Below are positions 37,365 to 51,576 of a stretch of 64,000 nucleotides of DNA, in pieces. The notes under the pieces were generated by a model. The model had not been told where the DNA came from, searched no databases, and worked only from the letters and a program-made list of their open reading frames with translations. Positions within the stretch are counted from its first letter, which is position 1. Each line of letters begins with the position of its first letter. A program made the position numbers and the translations under genes. The stretch is from the NCBI GenBank assembly GCA_044892505.1, contig CM097882.1:85746001-85810000 (forward strand), in the 5' to 3' direction. The DNA comes from Schmidtea nova (Eukaryota).

Positions 37365-40300
37365 TGATATAATTATTCATACAGAACATTCTTACATACA
37401 TTCAGCATACGATTTTTAATTAATTTCAGCTATATTTTAATAAACCTATATATTTAATAAAAACTTTAATAAGATTTTTTATAGTACATTTTAAATTTGA
37501 TTTTAAATATTCTTATTATTAAAATCTTTACTGGTAATCATTTTTATTTTAAACAAGATGTTTTCTTTGGAAAATACTTTTTAATTAAAATAATTTTAAA
37601 AATCTTTAGAGTATTTTTAAACATCTCACATTCCCCTCTTTTTAAAAATATTTAGCCATGCGATGTTTCGTATTACGTTCTTCCCATTTTGCATTTTTAC
37701 TTCAAAACTTCTATCGTGTATTTGATTAATAATTTCACCCGGACCTTCGTATCTATCGTCATCTTTATTTCGAATATCCTTTTTAGTACTAATTCTCATA
37801 TATTAAACCTTCTGATATTTGTATGGTTTTCTTTTAATCTTTTTGTTAGATCTACACCGCTCCATTCTAACATTATCTTTTTACCGAAAACCATCTCATC
37901 CGGTGTTTTACTAATCGTTTTCTGATACGTCGAATTTAACATGAATTCCACCTCTGGGAGTACTTCTACCCAAACTTTTATGTAATTTAACTTTTAAAGT
38001 TATGTAAAGTGCATCACGTATCGTCCTAAACTGACATTCAATCTGTCCATTTGCAGCATGATGATATGGACTTGAAAAATTCATCCTTGATTTATATCTT
38101 TGACACAATTCTTTTATCATTGAACTTTCAAAAGATTTGCCTCTGTCTGTATTGATTATTCTAGGTGCTCCATACTTTTATATCCATTGATTTAATATTG
38201 ATGCTGTTGTTTTTTCATCTTGAGAATTACTGGCATGTAATGAAACATATTTGCTATATTGATCAATTATTGCTAATATATATTTCTTCTTGTATATATT
38301 GTTCCCGAACGGTCCACAATAGTCTTTAAAGATTGACTCAAATAATTCAACTTTCTCTGGGATTTTTATATCTTCATTAGTTCTCTCAGTAACAACTTTT
38401 CTCCTTTGACAACAACTTTGTCCAACAACTTTCTCTGGGGTTTTTATATCTTCCTTAGTTCTCTCAGTAACAACTTTTCTCCTTTGACAATTTTCACAGC
38501 TTTGAATTACCTCTCTTATTATATTCGACATATCTTTCATTGCAAAGTTGTTTTCTATGTATTTCATTACTTTATTATATCCCGCATGACATAATCTTTT
38601 GTGATAATTTAAAATAAATTCTTCTCTTTTGTTTTCTGGTATCCTTATTTTATCATTATCAGTTTTCACAATTCCACTTTTCGTGCAAAATTTGAAATTC
38701 CCGATTTTACTTATTTTACCATTTAGTATATCTGTTATCACGATTGACTGGTTTTGCTATACGTTTTCACTGTCCTCGACCATCATCGAAAGTATTCTCG
38801 TCTTAAGTTTCTCTATTTTCGAATCAGCATCTATCATTTGGCATTGTATACATGTTGTACATTCACTTCTTGACATGGCATCCACATTTATGTGAATATC
38901 TCCCTTTATGTACTGTAAATCGACATCCAGACTTTTTAAATAATATTTCCACGTTTGAAATTGTGGGGTTAATGGTTTCTTGGTTTTCATCATGAACGTT
39001 CAATTCTCCTAGTACTCTATTCATGAGTTTTTGAAATGTTTCTGGTGCTGCTGTGATTCCGAAAGGCATTCTATTAAAACAATACTACTTATTTTTAGTT
39101 GAAAATTCCGTTTTAATTTTAGACTCTTCTTCTAGTTCAACTTAATAATATGCATTTCACAGATCGATTGATGAAAAATACTTTGATCCATTCAAAACAA
39201 CTAATAATTCATTCATGTTTGACATTGGGAATAACGGTCTTTCTGCTACGTTATTTAGTGCTCTAAAGTCTAAGCATATTCTAATATCATCTTTCTCTTT
39301 TTTCTTTACACATACTAATGGTGTATTCCATGGTGATTCACATTCCTTGATAATGCCAAACCTTTCCATTTCTTTTATTTGTTCATCGATTTTATCCAGT
39401 AGATGAGCCGATTGTCTTCTTGGGTTGAGTGCTATCGGTTTGCTAGCAGTAGTTATTTCGTGTTTCATTAGGTCAGTTTTCCCCACATCCCATTTGTGTT
39501 TCATAAAAACTTTGGTCGTATTTGTTTATTTGTTTATTAGGTTATTGATTACGATTTCTTCAACTTTCCTTTCAATAAATCCTTCTTCTATGAAATTTAC
39601 CGACAATTTCGATAACTTTGTCGTACGAATCAGACTATCATTTATACAATCATCAATATTCAACCGGATACCAAATTCATCCAAGAAGTTCATTCCACCA
39701 ATTAGTTGTGGTCTAATTTCATCTGCTATATAAAATTGTATATCTTTACTTTCTTTTATTCCTTGAATTTTAATGTTTATCATAATAGTTCCAACAATAT
39801 TAAGGGGACTGTCATTTGCACATTTTACTTTCATATTACTCTTTTTGACATTATTCATATAACATTTCTCAATCATATTGCGGTCTATGACGCTGATCTT
39901 TGCTCCTGTGTCAAGCAAACATCTTAAACATCTACCATTCATAGTAACATCAACGCTCGGTCTGCCTCCCATAGCATCATATCTGATAATTAAATCCCTG
40001 TCATTCATCAAACACGTACTTGAATCAATTGTTAGTAATCTTTCTTCACTACTACTTCCCCTTGCATCATAGTGGCTATTAATTTCATTTAGTAAACTTA
40101 TACATTCGCTATTTTGAGAGTTATATTAAGATATACTATATTTCTATTTAATTCACAAATATTATTGATATTAAAAAAATTACTATTTATATATTTACTA
40201 TTAAAATCACAAGAATCAAACATACAATCACAATCATTCGCATACATACAGTTTCTGTCAAGAATATTACATACATTTAGCCCTGTGCTTTTGTGCTCTC

Positions 40301-41640
40301 CTCCATCACAAAAGCACAGCATTTGGGGTTGGTAGCTGGTCGTCGTAGTTGTCATTCACATAGTCTTCTTCCACAAAGGCAACCTGTCCTATGGATCTGT
40401 AGTTATTCATTGCAAAACATTGATGTTTGAAATGTCCTTGTTTATGGCAGTGTGTACATTGTACATTTGGACATTCGTGCCTTCTATGGCTCCATTCTCT
40501 GCATACCCAGCACTAGTATTTTCTCGGTTGGCCAGCTTCCTCATCTTTATATTGTTTTCTTTTCTGGTCGTCGCTATATCTGTTGTAGTTATATCCTTTA
40601 TATTGATTATCTTGTATCGGATTTCCTTGAAATAAACCATTTGTCCTTGGATAAAAACTTTGTTTATTACCCTCCCAGCGTTTAGCTTCATATCTAATGA
40701 CGTTTTGATTTGAAAAATTACTTCTTGCACCAGGCATATTGTTTTCCATATTCTGAATTTTAACGGTATCAGCAAATGTTCTCGTTTAAATCACTGCTAT
40801 TGGTCTGTAGGTTTCGTTTAACTCGTCTTTAATCTTTTCTAATTTCTCCATTCTCGCTTTTATTTCTCCGATGGGCTTTATATCTTGGATTTTGAGATCG
40901 TATTTCCTCTCCTAATCATTCAATGTGTGGACAATAGAAACTTCAATAACGTATCTTTATCCATCTTATGTTTGAGGATACCATCTGTTAATTTTTCCAG
41001 TTTCCTCCAATAATCGTTAACTCGTATAATTCAGAGCTTATTGTAGACCTTCGATTAACGTTGATGGTTTCGAAAACGCCCTAATAAGTCTTTCTTTATA
41101 TCCCATGTTATCTCATCATATAGTTCAATGGCTTTTCCGGATAAAAATGCTTTCACAAAGTTATTTCCTAATCTGCCTTCGATATTTCATATCTCGAAGA
41201 AACGTTCGATGTCTGCTATGAACTTGGGGATATCTTGGCCTATTTCGAAATGTTTCGGTTGTTCGACAAAATTTGCCAAAAGCGTGGTCGTCATGTCAGT
41301 ATCTTCTTTTCCCGAACTTGCGACAATCATTAAATAATTAATTACATTAACAAAATTTCAAAACTGTATTTTTTACAACAATTATTTAAACAACGTTAGG
41401 AGATTCAAATAAATATGTAATTTTTTTTTGACAGAATTTTCATACAGAACATTCATACATATATTCAAAATACGATTTTTAATTAATTTCAGCTATATTT
41501 ATAGTACATTTTAAATTTGATTTTAAATATTCTAATTATTAAAATCTTTACTGATAATCATTTTTATTTTTCTTTACAAAATACCTTTTTTATTAAAATA
41601 ATTTTATAAAAACCTTTAGAGTATTTTTAAACATCTCACA
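37365..41640 (-). mobile_element. Ty3/Gypsy LTR retrotransposon, decayed, with RT-RNase H internal deletion
   Basis: Diverged LTRs ~37365-37630 and ~41429-41640; PPT AAAAAGAGGGGAA; two CCHC knuckles near 40430-40520; LLDTGA (PR); RICLDFRALN and MPFG (RT, YxDD region deleted); integrase fragments 37900-38740. Confidence 0.92.
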
Positions 41641-42368
41641 ACGTTTATTATCGAACAAGGATATGAGATAACACTTTTATACTATTTATGAACCAAATAT
41701 AAATGTATGAGATATTTAATGTGGTTTGTTATTTTTAATTAATATTGCGTATATTTTATCTATTTATTAAATATCTATAAAAGATAACAAAATCATTTAA
41801 AGAAAAATTATATTTAATAAATGAAAATTTGCCATTTTTGTCTCGATTGAATTTTAAAATAAAAAACTTATTAGATGAAATAAATAGATTTTAATTGAAA
41901 AGAATAAATAATTATATTTATATTTTTTTGTCATTAATAAATTAATATCAACATAGTTAGAAAATATTTTCTATTTACAGTTTATTTTTTTGTATTCGTA
42001 TTCATAATTAATAGAAAATTGTAATTAAATTTTCAATGAATTAATAAATGATAATAAATATATTCATTTCGGCACATCCTTTTCTTGGTGTCAATCAAAT
42101 TTATTTTTATTTTAATTTATTGATATCTAATCGTTAATTAAAGCGCTTCAATAAAATAATATGGTATTACGAGATTTAACATTTTTGAATGATATAATTT
42201 TGTTTTATAAATTACTTTAAAAAAATAAGTATTTTGTGTTTTAATATTGCATGATTATTTTTTAGAGATTTTAAAAATTGTAATTATTTTTTTGAGTGGA
42301 ATTTTGTATGAACAAATACATTTTTTTGAATGATCCAATTTTTCAATATATAAATTGAATTACGAAAA

Positions 42369-43406
42369 ATGGACAAAAAGATTGTCAATTTGAAATTAGC
42401 TCTATGTCTAGCTGCTGCAGCATTTCTTTTCAACTTAGTAGCATTCGATTCACCTTACTGGATGGTAGCTAGACCAGAACATCCTAGCCAATTTGTTAGA
42501 CCAGGTTTATGGGTAGCTTGTTTCGATAATTATATACACCCAGAAGATTGTCTTCCTAAAATGTATAAAGGCTGTTGGTATGTCTACTGGCCTGAATATG
42601 ACTATATTCGTGATTGTTTAAATCCTCCTTGGTCTAATGGAGTTCAAATGAGGTCATCACCACCATTACTTTGTAACGGTTTAGCTGTGATGGTAGCTGA
42701 TATGAGCTGGGATTTTCCGCATTTACAGGAGAATTTCAATGACAAAGATGATGTCAAACATATTTGGCCAGAGCAATTGCCATTATCAGGTCTCAGCGTT
42801 CTAGCGTTACGCAGTAATGGATTATACAATGAAGCTGTTAAGCTTGCCTTATCAATTTGTCGATATCTAATTGGTCAACGTCCGCAAATCACTACACAAT
42901 TTCGTCAAACCAAATCTATAGAGCCGACTACGCCAGCTAATCAGTTCTGTAGTTGTTCTCTGGATAATTTATCATCGAAGTCAACTACAATATCATCATT
43001 CAACTGCCTCCTTCAAAAATACTCCAACTGTACTGATATTAGTGAAAATAGTAACGATTCCGAACGACGAACATGTGAGCTTCCTCCCCAAGAATTCTTT
43101 ATGAAATCGTCAGAAATTTCATCTATTGTTTTAATGTCTTCCTCCACCGATTTATTAGTGTTTTCGCCACTTCCAATAAGTTATCCAACCAATAAAAATG
43201 TCACAATAAACTCAAATGAATCATCTTCTACCTCTACATGTTTTATGCACTCGTGCTTGCCACTGTGTTTGTCCTCGTCTAAACCTCCTTTGCTTTCAAC
43301 TGATGCGGAATATAGTCTCAATCCATCTGCATCGAATATTTGCTCTCAAAGCGGTCCGAAACCCAATTTAATGGTAGGATCAACGTTAGGTCTGCCAAAC
43401 AAATGA
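42369..43406 (+). CDS. Intronless chimeric ORF: claudin-like N-terminus fused to a ZSWIM-family fragment and a Ser-rich tail (probably a pseudogenic capture)
   Basis: aa 1-88: TM1, SPYW, GLW.AC, GCWY...LNPPW (invertebrate claudin/PMP22 family). aa ~105-165: ADMSWDFPHLQ...IWPEQLP....ALRSNGL..EAVKLALSI matches ZSWIM5/6 ACDLHWQDSHLQ...LWHEHVP...DALRSHGYPREALRLAIAI. Confidence 0.7.
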   Translation: MDKKIVNLKLALCLAAAAFLFNLVAFDSPYWMVARPEHPSQFVRPGLWVACFDNYIHPEDCLPKMYKGCWYVYWPEYDYIRDCLNPPWSNGVQMRSSPPLLCNGLAVMVADMSWDFPHLQENFNDKDDVKHIWPEQLPLSGLSVLALRSNGLYNEAVKLALSICRYLIGQRPQITTQFRQTKSIEPTTPANQFCSCSLDNLSSKSTTISSFNCLLQKYSNCTDISENSNDSERRTCELPPQEFFMKSSEISSIVLMSSSTDLLVFSPLPISYPTNKNVTINSNESSSTSTCFMHSCLPLCLSSSKPPLLSTDAEYSLNPSASNICSQSGPKPNLMVGSTLGLPNK

Positions 43407-44441
43407 ACACAAAATTTATAATTCAAAATATTTGTTAGATGTCATAGAACTTACAATTAAACAAAATAACAACAAACATGATAAAATGATTGTTACGAAA
43501 AATTACAAAACCAAATGCACTTACCCACGCGACAGGCTGGCGAAACGAAATCTAATCAAATAACTACACTAATTTGCAAATAACTAACTTCTACCAACTG
43601 ATTTTTTGCGTCTATTTATACTAGAAATTCTGACGCCCACACATGCCATTGTTTTAATAATCATAAAAGGATTTAAACTTAATTTATTAGTTTTAATAAA
43701 CTATTATTTATTTAATTTTTGTAAATTTTATTTTATAATTTTATTTATTTCTAAAATACTTGTTTTTAATTCCGTTAAATGATGTGTGTATCCATTGTTT
43801 TTTGTATATTAATTGATTGATTAAAACAATAAAATTTTATTCTATTCTATTTTTATTCCTATCTCTGTTATTTTTCCGATATTTCAATGGGGATTTTTCC
43901 TATAATTTTTAATGAATTTTTTTCTTTATTCTGATATTAATTTTATTCGTTGATCATGCTTTTCTTTGATCTTCCCGATGAACAGCGATGGTCTTTTTCA
44001 TTCAATTCTCGTGCGGTCCTTCGTGTGTAAATGCGATCTGCACTCAAATTGTAAACTCTCTTTTGAGATGCCCTATCTCGACTGACTTATAGAATGCGGT
44101 TCGTATAATTATTATTGTACTTTACTGTTTTATTTTCTTTTGCGTTATTTTACTGCGTAATGCTTTATCATGTGTTTTTTTAATTTGTTTCCTTTTGTAT
44201 ATATTTAACTTTCGATAAATTCAAACAAAATTTATTTTTCGATTTCGCCAGCCCAACATTAGTGAATAGTAATTTTAATAAATAATCGTATATAAATGTC
44301 AATATTTGTCTCTTTGTCCGTCCCACTTATATCTAGATTTATGTAATCCTAATTATTATAATACTACTTTAAAAATAAATAGTATAACTATAAATATTTT
44401 TAAATTTTTATATTATTATTTTATAGCTATTTTTATTATTG

Positions 44442-44557
44442 TCCTAAATAAAAGGCTGATGTCTGTCCGTCCTTCTGTCGTCCCTCTAAACCCATATCTA
44501 ATTCTTAAAAATTTCAAAAAATTGGACAGTCATTTGACTGGCTTTATATGCAACTAG
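44442..44557 (+). mobile_element. Possible Helitron 3' end or mini-Helitron
   Basis: Hairpin CAGTCA-TT-TGACTG (44527-44540) lies 13 nt before CTAG|T; GTCTGTCCGTC-like motif upstream; the 5' end is not canonical. Confidence 0.4.
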
Positions 44558-46023
44558 TAATCCAATTAATTCTCTTTTTTATATAATTATATTAAAATAT
44601 TTCTATCATATTACATTATTAGTCTAATTTCATTGATAAATTTTTTGAAGATCAAACATAATATCACCATTGTCAACATTAAATGTAAAGTCATTTGGAT
44701 TTCATTAAAAATTTTTATTTACTATTCATAATTGTAAAATAAGCGCAACATAATACCAAATTAATTAAACAATTAAAATTTAAAAGTTATTAAAAAATGT
44801 TTTCTGAGCTATTTTAATTTTAAAATATTTCTATATTTTCTTTTCTTTACTCCAAACTAATGTTTGGCACGTTAAGAGTGAATAATGTAAAGTAGAAAAA
44901 TTAAAAAATAAAATTTAAGTTTAAAAATTGTATTTTGGAATTTGATAGCTTTAAAAAGTACCTGTTTATTCAAGTAAGGCAGATTGTAATTAATAAAATA
45001 GTTATAAATTTTACTTTCCAAAATCAAATATTTTTTTATCATTTTTTTGTTTTTAACCTGAAATAAACAAAAATTTGAATTTTACATTTATTATTAAACT
45101 AAACTGAAATATTTTTAAAAATTATTTTCATTCTTGTTAATTTAAATTTCAAGTTAAATCAAATTATTGCTAAATGACTAACTTCGTTTAAAAAGTATGT
45201 TGCAGTTTCTATTTCTTGTATTTTATTTTATTTTATTTAATTTAATTCTCTAATACAATATTTTCGAAAAAGCCTTTGCAAGTGTTTTATTGACCAATCC
45301 TAAACTATAAATTTAAGTAAAAATAAAAAAAATAATTATTTTATTTATTTTTATAATTAAGACAAAATATATGAAATTGAAAAAAAGTTCAAAGATGACG
45401 AAATTTGGAGATTTAAATAATAATTATTTTATTTAAGAGTTTATGTAATGCTCGATACAGAATCTACTCAAACTTGATTCTTTAAAACGATTTACAGTTA
45501 AAACTTCTCTATAAATAATACTTCATAGTACGATGTTAAAAGATGCTGTAAACCATTATTGAAGTACGTCAATCATTGATTGATCAACATCATTAAAATC
45601 AGCATGATATGAAAAATACCAGAGCCGTTGATCCGAGAAATAATATAATTCATTATACATAATCATAATTATTCATTAAAAGAATTTTCAATTATTTTTT
45701 AGATATATTTGTTTGAAATACTTCAATCAAGAAAGAAACTTAATTTAAGATTGGATGGATAAAATGATTAATTCCATAAAATAGAGCGAAATTAATATTC
45801 AGTATAAAATTATCAATTAATTATCTGACTACAAGCATGCTATATTTTGCCAACAAAATAACAAATTATTGACAATATAAATATGTTGATTATCATAGAT
45901 TGCTACACAAATGACAAGGACACTTTTCAATATCACCCTGGTTGTTATACAGTGCTTATTAAAACACCTAGAAATAAATATCACTCACTTCTGTATCTGA
46001 TTCAATATTTGGAAAATTGATGT

Positions 46024-46076
<53 letters not shown>

Positions 46077-46231
46077 CATTTGTTAAGAATAAGACCAAAC
46101 TTGATTATATAAATTTTATTAATATCCAAAAATCGTTCGTTTTTTAATTTCTTAATAAAATTTCTCAATAAAAATTTCTCAGCTTATTTAAATAGGAGAC
46201 ACGTAACTCACCAATTATTTGTTTGTTTCAC

Positions 46232-46387
46232 NNNNNNNNNNNNNNNNNNNNNNNNNNNNNNNNNNNNNNNNNNNNNNNNNNNNNNNNNNNNNNNNNNNNN
46301 NNNNNNNNNNNNNNNNNNNNNNNNNNNNNNNNNNNNNNNNNNNNNNNNNNNNNNNNNNNNNNNNNNNNNNNNNNNNNNNNNNNNNNN
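46232..46387. other. assembly gap
   Basis: Run of N. Confidence 1.
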
Positions 46388-46915
46388 GTGTTAAAAAATA
46401 AAAATTATTAAAGAAAATTAAATTTTAAAAATGTATTTTAATCGGTAAAATTACTGACAAAACTTTAAAAGATTAGTGTAAAAAGATATTTGTTATAACA
46501 CTTGAAACAGGGCAACAGCTCAACAGCAAGCTCGCTGATTACGATAAAAACCTTTTGTTATTTATTGTCTAACAAATGAAAATGAAATAAATCGAAAAGG
46601 AATCAAAGGCGAAGAAGATTTAGGATTTTGATGATACTAAATAGATAAGAAAAATTACTGAATAAATGTTAATAAAGTAAAGCTTGATAAAAACTATTAC
46701 AAATTATCTTAATAAAAAAATAGAAATTTCTATATAAATGACGTAAGATCCATCTTTGGATATTTATTGGAGAAAAATAATTGGGAATTACTGCCCTATG
46801 GGACTTATTTATATGCAATATTAAAAAAACATAATTTTTGTGCTAAACTTTTAGAAATTTTCATTTAATTTCAAAGAAAATATTAATTTGCTATTAAATT
46901 CAATAAAGAACATAC

Positions 46916-47114
46916 CTAATTGTCAATGTATAAACCCCCAAAGCTTTATCTGACGAGTCTCTAACCAAAAAGTAGCCATCCGGTAAGCCAGTCATGAATT
47001 CATTAACCTCTTCCTTCAAAGTATTACCCCAATACCATTCTTGGGAATTGATATCATTATTAATCTCTTCCAAAGCTGATCTTTTATTCATTGATTGTGA
47101 CAACGACAATGGTT
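46916..47114 (-). CDS. PI3K regulatory subunit exon (nSH2 first half)
   Basis: QEWYWGNTLKEEVNEFMTGLPDGYFLVRDSS...YTLTIR; donor AG|GTATGT in phase with the exon ending at 34264. Confidence 0.93.
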
Positions 47115-48017
47115 CTGAAATCCACGAGAAACCAGTTCAAAATCAAAAGATAAAACGATAGAATAAACTAAGATAGCCAACTATGACAACAAAATAGCCG
47201 GTTCAAATTGCACATACACCAATCGGAAAGTGCTTATAATAAAAGCTGGTCGTGCTATTGATAAATAGCACAATAAAAATTAGAACAAATATCATTAACT
47301 ATTTGATTTATAATCTATTATTCATATTTTATTGAAATAATGACAAAAGAGTTATAATGATAATACATTTTACAATTTTTATTTCTAATTACAAAAGTTT
47401 GGACTTCAGAGTTTATAATTATGTAAATTGTAAGGCCAGAAAGTCCTTAGACTCGCATAAAAATAATCAAGTCAGTGGAACTAAATTCAATATTATCAAC
47501 AAGGCAGATATGTAGGATTTATGTCTCAGCATAACTTCCATTAACACTGAAATGAACACTTTCACAATTGATTTGAAAGTCATTTCGAATAATCCTTGTC
47601 TCTTCTCTGCATTTTACTTCAAATCATACTTTGATTCAAATAATTTACTTCTCAGATGATTATGTTGAGGATACCTAAAATACAAAATAAAATATAATCA
47701 ATAAAATTACCTGGGGGAAAATTGATTGGATAAATAATGTGATCTTTTGGAGTCCGGAGAAGAAAAAGAAACAATCAAAACTTGAAAAATGAGAAGTTGG
47801 AAACAGACAAACGAGATCAAACAAAAAAAACAAAGTTCATTCCTAATTAATAAGTACAGAAACGGGAAAGGAATTTGCAAAACGAAAACAAAAACAAGCA
47901 GGAAGGTAAAAGATTCTGACAGCTTGTCAGATAACAGAAGTGCGGAGAAAAGTCGGCTTAAAAAGGAAAAAGAAAATCCGAAATTATCAAGACAGCTGTC
48001 ATAGATAAAACGGGAAT

Positions 48018-48403
48018 TGGGAGAAAAACGCAAGATGTCCAGGAATCAAAATGGAAAAAGGCAAATATCTCAAGTGCCATAAAATTTTACGAGATATAAA
48101 AGTAGAGATATAGCAGAAGCAGTCAGAATTTTAGAGAGAATATTTTAGCAGAATTTTAGAGAGCAGAATTGTAGACAGAAGTTGTGAGAGATAGAAATTA
48201 GAGGTGAAAGAGAATTGTAAAGAAACCCGAAGCAAAACTTAAAAAGAAACTTAAAGAAGAGTTGAGAAGAGATAGAGAAACAAAGAGTAAGCAACAGGAG
48301 CTGATCCAGTTAATAATCAAGTCAAGTTCAGCATAAATCCAAGTCAAACCAAGAAAGCAACCAGCTAAATTATCAATTGTTGTCTCCCTCAGTGGTTAAA
48401 ACA
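48018..48403 (+). repeat. Possible solo LTR
   Basis: TG...CA candidate with TATAAAAG, AG-rich body and a possible 4-bp TSD GAAT; boundaries uncertain. Confidence 0.3.
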
Positions 48404-50238
48404 GAATTTTATTTAAAAAATCACCGAATGACTGAAATTAAATATTAATACATTAAAATAAACTATATGCTTATATGTGTCTTATATCGTCAAATATAAA
48501 AGAACTTTGTCTTAACTTTAGTATTCGGTAAGAATTAATTCTTAGTTTGACTTATGATGTACTTTTACTCATATAACCAAAAGACCCTCGAAATCTGACT
48601 CCTCGTTATTTTTATGCAAATTGAACAAAGATTTGCTGAAAATTAAAGCAACAATTAGACTTACAAATATAATCAATGGAACTTCCAAATTGGATCTGCA
48701 CTTTAATTTAATAAGGCAAGTAATAGAAAAGGGAAAACGCTTTTGATATTATTTTTAAAATACTTTGACTTAAATTGATTCTTTCCCTTTTTTTAATTTC
48801 TTCTATCGTCTTGTTTTTATTGCTTCGACCAAATGGGAACTATTTTATAATTACCATTCTTTATATAAGGTTCTCTCTCGCTCTCTTTCTTTCTGAAATT
48901 AATTTTCAAAATTATAAAAATTTGATTAGGCAATCGCCTCTTATCTGGAATGCCGTTCGAATAACTATAAGTCAAAATTATTTAATTAATTTATTGACAG
49001 CTCGGAGTTTCCACACAGCAATTAAATTGATTGGATTAGATTTTTAATTAATTTGTATTTTTTAAATAGTTTTTTTCTGGAATAACCTCGTTGATTTTTT
49101 ATTACTATACTTGTATTTGTCTCATTATATAGCATCCGCCCATATCTGTTTCTTCCGCGATATAGTGAATTGTGATAAGTAAAGTAATAAATAAAATGCA
49201 AAAATTAATTTAAAAAATTAATTTTTTAATTTTATTTATTATATTTTAAATTGTTACCTCTTTCTTGATTTGCACTCAATTTTCTGTGATTTTATTTTTT
49301 ATTTTGCAATAATTTTGATAATCAATGAGATGGAATTCAATGCATTGGAAAACGAAAAAGAATTTATTCAATTTACAACAATTTCATCTGGATGGTAAAA
49401 ATGAGAGTTAAACAATATGTTGTGTTATTTATTAAAAGTCAGTATTTATGTATGACTTCTCGTGCTCTTTATTTAAAATTATTCAAAAGACCCAACTAAA
49501 TATTTTTTTGATCTAGCACAATAAAATACACTAATCAATAACACTTTTCCTTGGCACTCTAGCTCCGCTTGGGTGAATGTCCCAAAAGGAAATGTCCTTT
49601 CTTGCTCACAAGATTGATTTAATTCACTAATGCTTTGTTGGGTATTTATCAATTAGTCGGTGCTGTTTGTCTGACTCCTTGGTGTTCTTATAGGATTGAT
49701 TCAAGAAAAACCCAAGACAGTAAAATTTATTCTAAAGTATGACGCTCTTTACAACAACTATTTGACACAATCTTTAATAATAATAAGTGTCTTAAGACAA
49801 TTTCAATAACTTTTATTATCATTGATCTTCAGATTGAGCGTAGGGAAAAGTCTTTCAAATGAAGATCTCTCTTTTTGGTAAGCTTTGAAGAATTAATTTA
49901 ATTCTGACTACTACTGATTCTCAATCTATAGTCTTGCAAATATTTAACTAACTTTTGTCTTCGAACACTCTGGCAAATTTTGGAATTTGCTTCTCTTTTT
50001 TACTCTGTCTAGCTTGATGAATGTTTCTTGTCTGATTAAGTTTTCTGTTCCTAATCTAATTGATTATAATAAAATTCTAAATTAGTTTTCCACTAATTAG
50101 GTTTATCAGGTTTCATTTAAAATTAATTTTTCCGGGGATAATTAACTGTATTGTTGATCATTAGGGCTTCCCACGCTACTTGGGTTTTCCATTGGCTCGG
50201 GTTTCCCATTTGTCAATCAACTCTTAATTAATTTATTA

Positions 50239-50740
50239 TTTTCGTGATTTTATACGACGAATTGATTTGATTTCTCTTTGCCGTAAAATTATTAGATAAC
50301 TGTTGAGCAGTTGAATAGGCAACGTTTTGAGATAAAAGTAATGGATCATAGTTATATGAATTCATCATGACTATATTTTCTAAATACTTATTCTGCGTCA
50401 AAAGATTAAAATTCTATGTCATATTAGAGCTTTGATTTGTATTGATATTTTCATTTGGCTTAACATCAAGATTTCCCATCTGATCAGTAATTACATTGAT
50501 ACCATTTTCTGTTACCAGCCATGTTATTAAAATTCAAAACTAATTTGCTTAATAATTTATATATTTTTTTTAAAAAACTCCCTTTTACAATTGTTGAATA
50601 TATAAACAACTTCTTTTATTTTTTTAAACAGATTAAACATAAAAATATTTATAAGCTATTGAATCGAGTAATAATAATTAACTTTACACCCAGAATTTAA
50701 CAACATAAATTTTAAATCACAATCAGTTATCTTATAATTT
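50239..50740 (+). mobile_element. MITE arm, copy 1 (left TIR intact, right TIR truncated)
   Basis: Direct repeat of 57504-57995. Confidence 0.9.
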
Positions 50741-50759
50741 GTTTTCCATTAATTCCAAG

Positions 50760-51250
50760 CTACAATTTTCCATATGTACATTAAATCTAGACTTAGAATG
50801 TTTTCTTGACCTGCAGTTATTAATCCACACTGTGAACAGGAGAATGCTAATTTTTCGATTGCCATTAACGATAAATATGGATCATCAATTGATGTTGTCT
50901 GACATTCATTATTGATTTGGTGTTTCTCTAAAACGTAAGAACTCGAAAATGTTACTTTACATAAACCACATTGAGGACGTGACTTTTTAAGATGTTCAGA
51001 ATTATAATGATCTTTGAAATAGCATTTACTATTTTTTTTGAAAAAATAATCTACTACAATTGGGGCAAATTTGAAACAATTCATTTTCTTTACTATGTTC
51101 AACATGAGTATATGAATGAACTAAAAGTTCAAATGAGTTATTTAAAACTGCTTCACAATTTGAACATTGAGAAGGCTTTTCGTTGCAATCAGTATTGATT
51201 AAAGTATCCAATTCATCTACAGATTTGATTATCAGTTTTTCATAATCTAT
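50760..51250 (-). pseudogene. C2H2 zinc-finger gene fragment
   Basis: CSNC..HSYTH, CPNC..HYNSEH, CGLC..HQINNEC and CSQC; frameshift in an A-run. Confidence 0.75.
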
Positions 51251-51576
51251 ATCGCTATTATGAGCAATTTCCAACTTTTCCCACACACTCCGACATGCCC
51301 GCCGGACAAAATAAAACCTCCACCACATCATCCCCCACGGAATGTCGCGGAGCGTACAGGTTATCCGCAATAAGGTGATTGAAATGTAGTGAAGTCTTAG
51401 TTTAACGGATTTAGGCAATGATTCTCTGGGAAAATAAATTAGAGAAAATACATTAGTTAGAAGTTTAATTTCGTATTGAAGAAAATACCAAAAGAAAGCA
51501 ATATAATAGAATGATGTTTATTAGATAAAGTTTAAAGGAAATATCGGTCTTAAGAAAGTCAATGCAACAAGAAAGA

